This document shows positions 28,737-36,936 of a DNA stretch of 64,000 nucleotides, piece by piece. The DNA comes from Acidobacteriota bacterium. GTDB taxonomy: Bacteria; Acidobacteriota; UBA890; WLXD01. How positions within the stretch are numbered: position 1 is the stretch's first letter; every line of letters starts with the position of its first letter. Under the pieces are notes generated by a model that ran no database searches, was not told where the DNA came from, and saw nothing but the letters and a program-made list of their open reading frames with translations. The DNA lies in assembly GCA_965205505.1 (NCBI GenBank), contig CBDBHB010000009.1:2272001-2336000 (forward strand). The letters run 5' to 3'. Made by a program: the position numbers and the translations under genes.

Positions 28737-30811
28737 CGCTCCATTGTGGGCGCCGTCATGCCGCGATCAGGGCGAAGCTGGAACGTCACCGATAGTGACC
28801 GTGGTGGCCCCAGCAACAGAACCGAGGTGCGCCTGACCTCGAGGGGCTCGTCGAGCAGGTTCTGCCCTCGAAGGCCGAGCGACAGTTGCTCGGAAAGGTG
28901 CCAATCGAGCGACGCGTCGACGGAGCTGCCCGACGCCAAGAGCAGCTGGTTACGATCGTCCTCGAACTGGTCGCCAGCAACGTGCAGGCCGATCAGAGCG
29001 CCCCATCGGTCGGCGGTCCAAGCGAGCGATCCTCGTAGCCGATAGCCCGGCACCTGCGGCAACCGATTACCCACCAACGACACCAGCGGCTGTCCGGATA
29101 CGACGGGGTTCTGATCGATGCGGGTGCCGATCAACGAGGTGACCAGGTTGGCCGCGAACCCACCGCGCTGCACCGAAGCGTCGATCTCCACTCCGCGCAC
29201 GGTAGCGGCGCCGAGGTTCCGTCGCTGGCGCAAGATCAGCGTCGACGTAGCGCCGACAGTCGCATTGACCACCGCGTCGCGCAGCCTATTCCAGTAGCCC
29301 GTGATTCCGACCCTCACTCGACCCCCGGCGGTAGGGCTGCCCGACGACCAATCGGCCCCGATTTCGGCACCAGTGAGGCGTTCTTCGGTGAGCTCATCGT
29401 TGGCGCTGGTCGAGACGTTGCCGACGCGGAACTGGCGATACAGCTCGTTGAGCGTTGGTGCGCGAAACGATCGATACCCCGCGGCCCGCAGCCTCCACTC
29501 GCCCCCTGGGCTGAAGACCACGCCGGCACGCGACGAGACAGTGGACTGCGATCGAGATTCTGCGTTCGGGTCGCGCGGGTTGTTGTGCCATCCGTCGCCG
29601 CGCAGGGAGGCGTCCAGGTGCCACGAATCTCCGACGCGTGTTTGTGCGGAAACGAAGAGTCCGCCGACGTTCTGGGTGCCGCCCGGGTCGCGCGAGAATC
29701 CCGCCAGGAGAACATCCTCGCGGCTAACCCCGCCGACCCGCCGCCAGTCGAGTCCGGCCCCCAGCACCAGACCACCGCCGTACTGACGCCAGGCGTTGGC
29801 GCCAATACCCGTTTCCCAGGATGGAACTTCTTGGTCCAGTACCGCCAGCTCACGCGAGCGAGCCGCGATCACGCTCGAGAACCGACTGCGAAACCGCTGT
29901 CGGCGGGCGAATCCGGCGAGCCGATGTCCATTGGTGGCGGTGCCGCCGCTATAGGACAAACTGGCGCCGAATGCGCGCGTCGAGTTGGTCTGCTCGGGGG
30001 TGCCGTTGTTACGAGCCTCGTGGAAGACCTCGAGCCCGGCCAGCAGCCCGGGCGCGAGGCGTACGCGTAGCATCGCCGTCTGGTGACTCGTCGCTACGTC
30101 TTCATCCACCGGTCCGCGATCCGCCTCGCTCACGGCGATGTAGCCGCGCGTGTCGAACGCGTCCGCGGCCAGGATCAGGCCGCGCTTCGAATTGCCGGCG
30201 CTCAGCGCAAAGCCGCCACGGAAGGTCGACTGGCTACCGCCGAGCCCGTGCACCTGGATGCTTGCGCGGCTCGCCGGCGGCGTCCGCGCCACGATCTGCA
30301 CTGTACCGGCAAGGGCCTGGTTACCGAACGCCCCCGAGGCTCCACCGAGCACTATCTCGACACGCTCGATGAGGAGAGATGGCGTGCGGCTCCAGTACAC
30401 CCAGCCGCCGAATGCATCAGTCAGCGGCAGCCCATCGAGCAAGAGAAGTGCGCGGCTCGTACCGCTGGGGGACACGCCGCGCAGGTTCAAACCTTGCGAC
30501 GTAGGGTGGGCGGCACGTGCCGGGCTACGCCGTAGCAGGCTGAACTGTGGCGCCCAACGAAGCGCCTCGTCGAGTCCCAGCGCCGGGCGCTGGCGAAGCT
30601 GGTCGGAGGATACGACGATCGCGTGGGCGGAGATCTCCTCGAGGTCGAACGGACGGCGCGTCGCAGTGACCGTGATGATCTGCTCTACGCGTTGCTCGGG
30701 CGGTGCCTGCTCTGTCTGTGGGTCCTGCGCCGACAGGGCAGGCGCGGCCAGCGTCAGAACACCGAGCACGAGCAGCGCGACAAATCGCGCCGGCTGTCGG
30801 TTGATTGTCAT
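28733..30811 (-). CDS. TonB-dependent receptor
   Basis: Signal peptide, ITVTATR, LRG, LLLDGLPL, IERVEIV.G..S..FG..ALAG plug motifs; YRSFRAPTLNELY, NLLD barrel motifs. Confidence 0.92.
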   Translation of the reverse strand: MTINRQPARFVALLVLGVLTLAAPALSAQDPQTEQAPPEQRVEQIITVTATRRPFDLEEISAHAIVVSSDQLRQRPALGLDEALRWAPQFSLLRRSPARAAHPTSQGLNLRGVSPSGTSRALLLLDGLPLTDAFGGWVYWSRTPSLLIERVEIVLGGASGAFGNQALAGTVQIVARTPPASRASIQVHGLGGSQSTFRGGFALSAGNSKRGLILAADAFDTRGYIAVSEADRGPVDEDVATSHQTAMLRVRLAPGLLAGLEVFHEARNNGTPEQTNSTRAFGASLSYSGGTATNGHRLAGFARRQRFRSRFSSVIAARSRELAVLDQEVPSWETGIGANAWRQYGGGLVLGAGLDWRRVGGVSREDVLLAGFSRDPGGTQNVGGLFVSAQTRVGDSWHLDASLRGDGWHNNPRDPNAESRSQSTVSSRAGVVFSPGGEWRLRAAGYRSFRAPTLNELYRQFRVGNVSTSANDELTEERLTGAEIGADWSSGSPTAGGRVRVGITGYWNRLRDAVVNATVGATSTLILRQRRNLGAATVRGVEIDASVQRGGFAANLVTSLIGTRIDQNPVVSGQPLVSLVGNRLPQVPGYRLRGSLAWTADRWGALIGLHVAGDQFEDDRNQLLLASGSSVDASLDWHLSEQLSLGLRGQNLLDEPLEVRRTSVLLLGPPRSLSVTFQLRPDRGMTAPTMER

Positions 30812-31797
30812 GAGATCTGCCTCGACGTGCTTGTGGGGAGGAGTGCGGGGAGCGTGTGGAGGTCGAGGTTCCCGCCCGAGAGGACCACGACCACACGGCT
30901 GCCCGATTTTAACGGTAACCGGCGTTCTAGGAGAGCGGCAACCGGAGCGGCAGCTGACGGCTCGATAAGCAGCTTCGCTCGTTCGAGCACGAGCCCAAGG
31001 GCTTGACGGATCTCGTCGTCGGATACCAGTGTCACCTGCTCGACGAAACGCTGTGCTGCCTCGAGGTTCAGATGCCCGACGAACGGCGGAGCCAGCCCAT
31101 CGGCGATCGACTCGACGTGCTCGAGCCGCACCGGCTCACCTGCCGCAATTGCTGCGGTCATCGTTGGCGCGCCTTCGGGCTCGACCGCGAACATGCGGGT
31201 ACCCTTGCCTAGCCCACCGCAGACCACCCCCAGACCGCCACAAAGGCCTCCGCCGCCAACCCCACACACGATCGCTTCCGTTTCGGGCATCTGCTCGTCG
31301 ATCTCGAGGCCGAGTGTGCCGTGGCCGGCGATCAACATCGGATCATCGAAGGGGTGTAGCAGGGTGAGGGAGCGCTCGTGGCGTAGTTCCTCGAGCTTCT
31401 CGAACGCGGCGTGCACGTCGCCATGCAGGACCACCTCGGCCCCGTAGGCTCGCGTCGCTGCAACTTTGCTCGCAACCGCCGTTTCCGGCATGACCAAGAC
31501 CGCGTGTACGCCCGCGGTGCGTGCTGCAAAGGCGACACCCTGGGCATTGTTGCCGGCGGAGATCGTTATCACGCCGGCATCGCGCTGCTCCTGTGAGAGC
31601 GTGGCTATGCGATTGAGGGCGCCGCGTGGCTTGAACGAGCCGGTCTTCTGCAGGCACTCACACTTGAGCCACACTTCGAGGCCGGTGCGCTCGGAGAGCG
31701 TGCGCGACGAAAGCAGGGGTGTGCGGTGCAGGTAGGGCTGAACCCGGGGTACCGCCGCCCGGACATCGTCGATTCCCGGCAGCTGCAGATCGCTCAT
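30808..31797 (-). CDS. PLP-dependent threonine/serine dehydratase (catabolic type)
   Basis: RTPL, KCECLQKTGSFKPRGA, SAGNNAQG, HPFDD, GVGGGGL, EPSAA, LSGGN. Confidence 0.94.
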   Translation of the reverse strand: MSDLQLPGIDDVRAAVPRVQPYLHRTPLLSSRTLSERTGLEVWLKCECLQKTGSFKPRGALNRIATLSQEQRDAGVITISAGNNAQGVAFAARTAGVHAVLVMPETAVASKVAATRAYGAEVVLHGDVHAAFEKLEELRHERSLTLLHPFDDPMLIAGHGTLGLEIDEQMPETEAIVCGVGGGGLCGGLGVVCGGLGKGTRMFAVEPEGAPTMTAAIAAGEPVRLEHVESIADGLAPPFVGHLNLEAAQRFVEQVTLVSDDEIRQALGLVLERAKLLIEPSAAAPVAALLERRLPLKSGSRVVVVLSGGNLDLHTLPALLPTSTSRQIS

Positions 31798-32027
31798 GGG
31801 GCGGGACAGTAGTGTCCTGTAACAGAGGTTCGTTGCATATTGTGGCGCGCGCGCCTGAGTCGAAACCAAGGAGGCCCGACGACGGCGATGCTGAGGGTAT
31901 CGCAGAGGAGGCCGACGCCGGAGAGGACACTAGCAGGTCGCTGCACGGTTCGCCGTGCCGCCGTATACTGGCCACGGCCTGGCGCGACACCGCGCCCGCA
32001 CCCAGCCGAGCGATCGGGAGCGAGGCG

Positions 32028-32639
32028 ATGCTGAGCGATTTTCTTTACGCACTGCGACGTGGCTTGGATCAGCTGCGTTACTTCCGCCATACTTACTCGC
32101 CGCTGAGTCCTTGGCGCGGCGCGGTCAACGAGCTTGTGAGCGACACCGAGCAGGAAGCGGAGCGGTATGGGATCGGCGCGCGCGTTGACCGCCGCCGGGC
32201 GTATCAGGTTGCGCGCATGGTGGTGTCGAACCGGCGCGGTGAGCATCTCGTCGATCAGCTGCCCGACGCGTACATCGCCTATTCGCCCCCGTCGGCGGCC
32301 TCTTTCTACACCGGCAAGCGCAGCTATGGAGCCCCTGTACAACGCCGTCGGGATTTTCGCGCACATCCCCAGACGCTCGCCTACCTGCTCACCCCACCGC
32401 GGTTGTCGCGCTTGGGTCTGGGCGGCTCGGCCGCGGGAGGCTTGGTCGTCATCGAGCCCGAGCAAGACGCTGACGTAGCGCTCAAGACGGTGATGGCCCG
32501 GCTCCAGAAGCTCGGTGCGGGGAAGGCACCCCCGGCCGATCTGCGCTCGTACGGGGAAGTGCTACTGAAACTGCACGCCGGTTTGCCGGTCGAGAAGACG
32601 TCGGAGGATCCAGAGGATCCGGTGGAGCAAGCTGCCTGA
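32028..32639 (+). CDS. Hypothetical protein
   Basis: ATG 32028 with upstream purine-rich GGAG/GAGG; 203-aa protein-like ORF; no motif recognised. Confidence 0.6.
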   Translation: MLSDFLYALRRGLDQLRYFRHTYSPLSPWRGAVNELVSDTEQEAERYGIGARVDRRRAYQVARMVVSNRRGEHLVDQLPDAYIAYSPPSAASFYTGKRSYGAPVQRRRDFRAHPQTLAYLLTPPRLSRLGLGGSAAGGLVVIEPEQDADVALKTVMARLQKLGAGKAPPADLRSYGEVLLKLHAGLPVEKTSEDPEDPVEQAA

Positions 32640-32756
32640 AGGCTCGGCGACCCGCGACGAGTAGCGCCTGGACGCAACAAGGGCGACCGATCGTCGACCG
32701 GCCGCCCTCGATGGCGGAACCGTGTTCGGCCTGCCTCAGTTCATCGAGGCGACGGC

Positions 32757-33536
32757 CTAAGGCTTACGGAATTTGAGCACGTAGCGATCCGTCTTGTAAC
32801 GCCCGTCCGCGAACCCGGCTGTAGTGTGGTCGTCGTCGGGGTTGCGGAGGATGTCGGAGCTGCCGGCGAGCTCGAATCCGCCCGCCGTGAACTCGTCGAT
32901 CACCGTCTGTTCGTTCAGGCGATGAGTGTCCTCGTGCCACCCTTCGTGCGGGGTAGCGACCTCGACGATACCGACGATGCCGCCGGACTTCATGGCGTCC
33001 AGCAACTGGGCGACAGTAGCCTGTCGGCCGCCGCCTAACTGTTCAGCATCGTGATAGTTACGGACCGCCACCGCCACGTCGAGGCTTCCCGCTGGAACGT
33101 CCGGGATGTTCGTCACCACTTGCACGTTACCGAGCCCGCTTCCGTCGATGCGCTCGGTGAGCGCGTCGAGCGTGGCGAATTGTCCGTCGGCGTAGAACTC
33201 CATCACCGCGTACACCGTGCCCTCGTCGCCCATCAGTCGCGACAGCAGGTGCGTGTTGTAGCCCTCTCCCGGCCACACGTCGGCAACCGTCATGCCGGGC
33301 TCGACGCCGAGGAACTCGTACACGTCGATGGCCTTGCGATACTCGTCCTGCGCGACCTCTTCCTCGGGTCGGGCAGCGTCAGCCAAGACGCCGCGGTCGA
33401 GTCCCGCGGGCATCTGATCTGCCGGCTCCTCGACGGGAGGCGCCTCGGCAGCCGGCTCGGCGGCGCCGCAGCCGATCGTGGCAAGGTGCCCGATCAGCGC
33501 GAGCGCCAGTGTCCAACGGCAGGGTGGTTTGTGCAT
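32757..33536 (-). CDS. Predicted SAM-dependent methyltransferase (COG4798-like), lipoprotein
   Basis: Lipobox TIGC; D.YRK, GVEPGMTVADVWPGEGY, RNYHD, HRL, LRNPDD, DRYVLKFRKP. Confidence 0.85.
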   Translation of the reverse strand: MHKPPCRWTLALALIGHLATIGCGAAEPAAEAPPVEEPADQMPAGLDRGVLADAARPEEEVAQDEYRKAIDVYEFLGVEPGMTVADVWPGEGYNTHLLSRLMGDEGTVYAVMEFYADGQFATLDALTERIDGSGLGNVQVVTNIPDVPAGSLDVAVAVRNYHDAEQLGGGRQATVAQLLDAMKSGGIVGIVEVATPHEGWHEDTHRLNEQTVIDEFTAGGFELAGSSDILRNPDDDHTTAGFADGRYKTDRYVLKFRKP

Positions 33537-33624
33537 CCTATGTTCTCCCTATTGAGGCGGTGTGAGAACCGCGAGTCGTCAGACGCTCACGAGTCGCGAT
33601 TCCGGAACCGCCTGAGGCAAACAG

Positions 33625-34434
33625 TTACTCGACCGGCTTGCGGTACTTATGAACGAAACGGTGCAGGTAGTACCGGTGAATCGGGGCATCGGCTTCGGCG
33701 CCGTCCTCTCCCGCACGTTCGCGTCCATCGAAATCGTACGTGTCATCGGGGTTCAGAAGCACGTCCGAAGCCTCGACGAATTCGAAGCCGGCCGAGGTGA
33801 TCTCCTCGCGCGACAGCACATCGTTGATGCGATGAACCGGCTCGTCACGCTCGTCGGGCTTGTCGGTCTGGGCGTCGACGACGGCGAAGATTCCCCCAGG
33901 CTTGATAACGCGCATGAAGGCGGGCAGGGCTGCGAGGCGGTCCGGTGCGTCGCCGAGGTCATGGTAATTGCGAACCGTTAGCAACACGTCGAAGGTGTTC
34001 TCCGGCACCTCAGTCGGGTCGTCGACGACCTCGAGGTTGGTGAACCCGAACGGGTCCAGGCGTGCTCCGAAGCGCTCGCGGCTTCGAGCTGCGCGCTCCG
34101 GATCCATCGGCTCCGGCCCCAGCATTGCCACGACGCGGCCGTCGTCGCCGACCAGCTGCGCCAGTATTGCCGTGTTGTAGCCGCCGCCGGGCCACAGGTC
34201 GCCCACCGTCGTGCCCGGGCCGATGTCGAAGAACTCGTAGACTTCGAGCGGCTTGAAGCCAGCGTCGCGGTAGTGATCGTCTTCGCTGCGAGCCGGATGA
34301 TCCAGTACCGAAACGGGTTCAGGTTCGGCAGCGGTCTCGGCCGGCTCGGCCGGTGGCTCGACGCCTCCGCTGCAGCCGACGGTCAGCAGGCCGACGACGA
34401 TGAGGCTCAGGCAAGTTGAGCGGGAACTGTGCAT
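33625..34434 (-). CDS. Predicted SAM-dependent methyltransferase (COG4798-like), lipoprotein; paralog of the adjacent gene
   Basis: Lipobox TVGC; DIGPGTTVGDLWPGGGY, RNYHD, KPGG, HRI, LNPDD, RFVHKYRKP; AAGGAG RBS. Confidence 0.85.
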   Translation of the reverse strand: MHSSRSTCLSLIVVGLLTVGCSGGVEPPAEPAETAAEPEPVSVLDHPARSEDDHYRDAGFKPLEVYEFFDIGPGTTVGDLWPGGGYNTAILAQLVGDDGRVVAMLGPEPMDPERAARSRERFGARLDPFGFTNLEVVDDPTEVPENTFDVLLTVRNYHDLGDAPDRLAALPAFMRVIKPGGIFAVVDAQTDKPDERDEPVHRINDVLSREEITSAGFEFVEASDVLLNPDDTYDFDGRERAGEDGAEADAPIHRYYLHRFVHKYRKPVE

Positions 34435-34656
34435 GGCATCTCTCCTTGGTGGGGATCCAGTAGATCGATTCACGGCGACGGCGGCGGAGCGCACGAGGGC
34501 ATCCAGCCAATGTTGAAGTACGCCGAATCGGATTCGCGCTCGCCTAGGATAGTCGGCGGTTGCGACAAGCGATAGGTCGCATCGCGCGCGCCCCGCGACC
34601 CGGGCAACTAGAATGACGGTGACGGGTCCGAGTCAACTGCGAGGGGGGTAGAAGAG

Positions 34657-35169
34657 ATGGCGCAGGTCACGGCGGCGATGGTAAAGGCGCTCAACGCGCA
34701 GGTGGCGCGAGAACTGCAGGCAAGCCACAACTACCTCGCGATGGCCGTTTATCTGGAGGGTCGCAGCCTCCAGTACTTGGCGGCATTCTTTCACCGCCAG
34801 GCCGAAGAGGAGCGAGGGCATGCCATGAAACTGGTGGCCTATCTCCAGGAAGTCGGTCAGACGCCGACGATCCCGGCGCTGACTCGTCCGAAGGCGCGCT
34901 ACACGTCGATCGACGATGTCTTCAAGACATCGCTCAGGCAGGAGCAGGCGGTGACTCGTGCGATCCACGAGCTCGTCCATACTGCCCAGGGCAAGAAAGA
35001 CTACGCCACGTTCCAGTTCCTGCAGTGGTTCGTCACCGAGCAGGTCGAAGAAGAGGCTTCCTTCGGCAAGCTGATCGATGTGATCGAGATGTCACAGAAC
35101 GTCCTGCAGGTGGAACACTACGTGCGCCACATGATGGGGACGCAGGGCGAGGCCACCACGGCCTGCTAG
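34657..35169 (+). CDS. Non-heme ferritin
   Basis: LNAQVAREL.AS..YLAMA, QAEEERGHAMK, DYATFQFLQWFVTEQVEEE. Confidence 0.92.
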   Translation: MAQVTAAMVKALNAQVARELQASHNYLAMAVYLEGRSLQYLAAFFHRQAEEERGHAMKLVAYLQEVGQTPTIPALTRPKARYTSIDDVFKTSLRQEQAVTRAIHELVHTAQGKKDYATFQFLQWFVTEQVEEEASFGKLIDVIEMSQNVLQVEHYVRHMMGTQGEATTAC

Positions 35170-36128
35170 TAGGCCGTGGCGTTGGAGCGGCGCGCTCGGG
35201 CCCACGCCACGAGGCCGGGAAGCAGGGCGATCAGCAACGTGATCGGCGATACCAGGAACGAGATCGCCGCTGCTGGGGCGTGCGCCATCAGCCCCAGCCA
35301 AGTGGCCGCATAGGCGAAGCCTCCCTGCTCGACGCCGACGCCGGCCGCCGAGATCGGCAGCCGCGCCACCAGATAAACGACCGGAACGATCGCCGCCATC
35401 TCGACAGCGGTGGTCGGCACATCGAGCGCGGCTGCCGCTGCCAGATACGTGACGATCGGGAAGAGGCCTTCCAGGAGCGTGAGCAGCAGAAAAGTCCATA
35501 TCTCGCGTGGGTGATCTCGCCAGCTCGCGTACTCGCCGGCCAGAACACCGAGCTTGCCGGTCAAACCAGAACGTTGGCTGAGCTGCTCCTGTGCGCTGGC
35601 AGCGATCTTGAACGACATCGGCAAGCTCAAGCTGAGCACCAGCACCGCCGCGGCCGCGACGATCGTCAACGTCGAGCTCTCGACCGGCACCTGCATCTGG
35701 AGAGCGACGATGAGTGCCACGCTGAAGGCGCAGAACACCGCCTGTGACAGCGCACCCAGGGCGCGCTCCAATGCGATGGAGGCGATCACGGTCTCGGTGC
35801 TGGCACGGCTGCCGCGCATGACGGTGACGCGTACCACGTCAGCGCCTACTGTCATGGGTAGGAAGATGCTCGCGAACGACGAAACGTAGTACGCACGGGT
35901 GGCTTCGCCAAATCCGACGTCGACGCCCCTGGCGAGCAGCAACCGGCGCCATTTGTAGACCATCAGCAAACGATCGCCCGTGTGTAGCAGGATCACGACG
36001 GCGCCTCCCGCCAGCGAGATGCGCCCCAGAATGGCGACCACGTCGCCGAGGCCGGCCCGCCAGAGCACGAAGGCGACCAGGCCGAAGCTGACCCCGAGGC
36101 GGAGGAGGAGGTCGAGTCGGCGCGGCAT
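35166..36128 (-). CDS. Lysylphosphatidylglycerol synthase TM / flippase-like (UPF0104) membrane protein
   Basis: KWRRLL, F.SIFLP.TVGADVVR, SIALER, LPISAAGVGVEQ. Confidence 0.85.
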   Translation of the reverse strand: MPRRLDLLLRLGVSFGLVAFVLWRAGLGDVVAILGRISLAGGAVVILLHTGDRLLMVYKWRRLLLARGVDVGFGEATRAYYVSSFASIFLPMTVGADVVRVTVMRGSRASTETVIASIALERALGALSQAVFCAFSVALIVALQMQVPVESSTLTIVAAAAVLVLSLSLPMSFKIAASAQEQLSQRSGLTGKLGVLAGEYASWRDHPREIWTFLLLTLLEGLFPIVTYLAAAAALDVPTTAVEMAAIVPVVYLVARLPISAAGVGVEQGGFAYAATWLGLMAHAPAAAISFLVSPITLLIALLPGLVAWARARRSNATAY

Positions 36129-36200
36129 GCTGCCTAGCGACAAGCTCGCGCTGGCCCCGAGACCCGCGATAGTAGCCGCGGCGTGCCGCTCAATCCGGGA

Positions 36201-36260
36201 TGGTGTGCCCAGGGTGGGACTTGAACTCCCACGGGCTTGCGCCCACTAGGTCCTGAGCCT
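36201..36260 (-). repeat. Degenerate 3' half of tRNA-Leu (att site at the far end of the island)
   Basis: Reverse complement AGGCTCAGGACCTAGTGGGCGCAAGCCCGTGGGAGTTCAAGTCCCACCCTGGGCACACCA; shares the 15-bp core CCCACTAGGTCCTGA (36242-36256) with 55444-55458 in the intact tRNA; no D-arm or 5' half. Confidence 0.85.
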
Positions 36261-36597
36261 GGCTGGAGAGTCCTGGCTGACATTGTGCCCAATAGCAAAT
36301 GGCGCAGGGGCGAAGTAACCGCGGGAGCTTACACGACCGTTCTATGAGTCGCGAAGTAAACGCTCGAGGCGAGCCGGTATGAGGACACGTGCAGGAGGCG
36401 GAAACTGGCCTCACTCACCGCGCCTGCCGGCGGTTCGGTCACCGGCGTGTCGCTGCTAGGCCGCTCCAGGAGATCTGTGCATGGCTCAGCTCCTCCTTTT
36501 GCGGCTTGACGCGGCCCTTCTTCAATATATTCATTTGTAGAGTCCTGATTGTAGAGTATTCAAACCAGCGTTCAGAGACGCGCCGCCGGTGGTCGTT

Positions 36598-36936
36598 ATG
36601 CCCGGGAAATTCCTCGCCGAATTCGAGCTCTACGTCATGATGGCGATCGCCCGTTTGGGAGACGAAGCCTACGGAGCCACGGTGCGCCGTGAGATCGAAT
36701 CGCGCACGGGTCGGCCAGTCTCGATCGGGGGGTTGTACGCCACGCTCGGGCGGCTGGGCGACAAGGGCCTCCTCGGTTTCGACGAGATCGATCCGCAACC
36801 GGGGCAGCGGGGAAGCGCGCGCAAGTATTGTCGCCTGACTCCGCAGGGGCAGGAGGCGATGGACCACTCGATGGTCATGCTACGCCGCATGATGGACGGC
36901 CTGGATCCGGTCGAGACCGCGGAGCCCGGCCGGTGA
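36598..36936 (+). CDS. PadR family transcriptional regulator
   Basis: LAEFELYVMMAI, AYGATVRREIE, SIGGLYATLGRL, RKYCRLTPQG. Confidence 0.92.
   Translation: MPGKFLAEFELYVMMAIARLGDEAYGATVRREIESRTGRPVSIGGLYATLGRLGDKGLLGFDEIDPQPGQRGSARKYCRLTPQGQEAMDHSMVMLRRMMDGLDPVETAEPGR

Noticed and set aside
36201-36290. Second complete tRNA gene
   Set aside because: No D-arm or 5' acceptor strand and the T-stem is mispaired; treated as an att remnant
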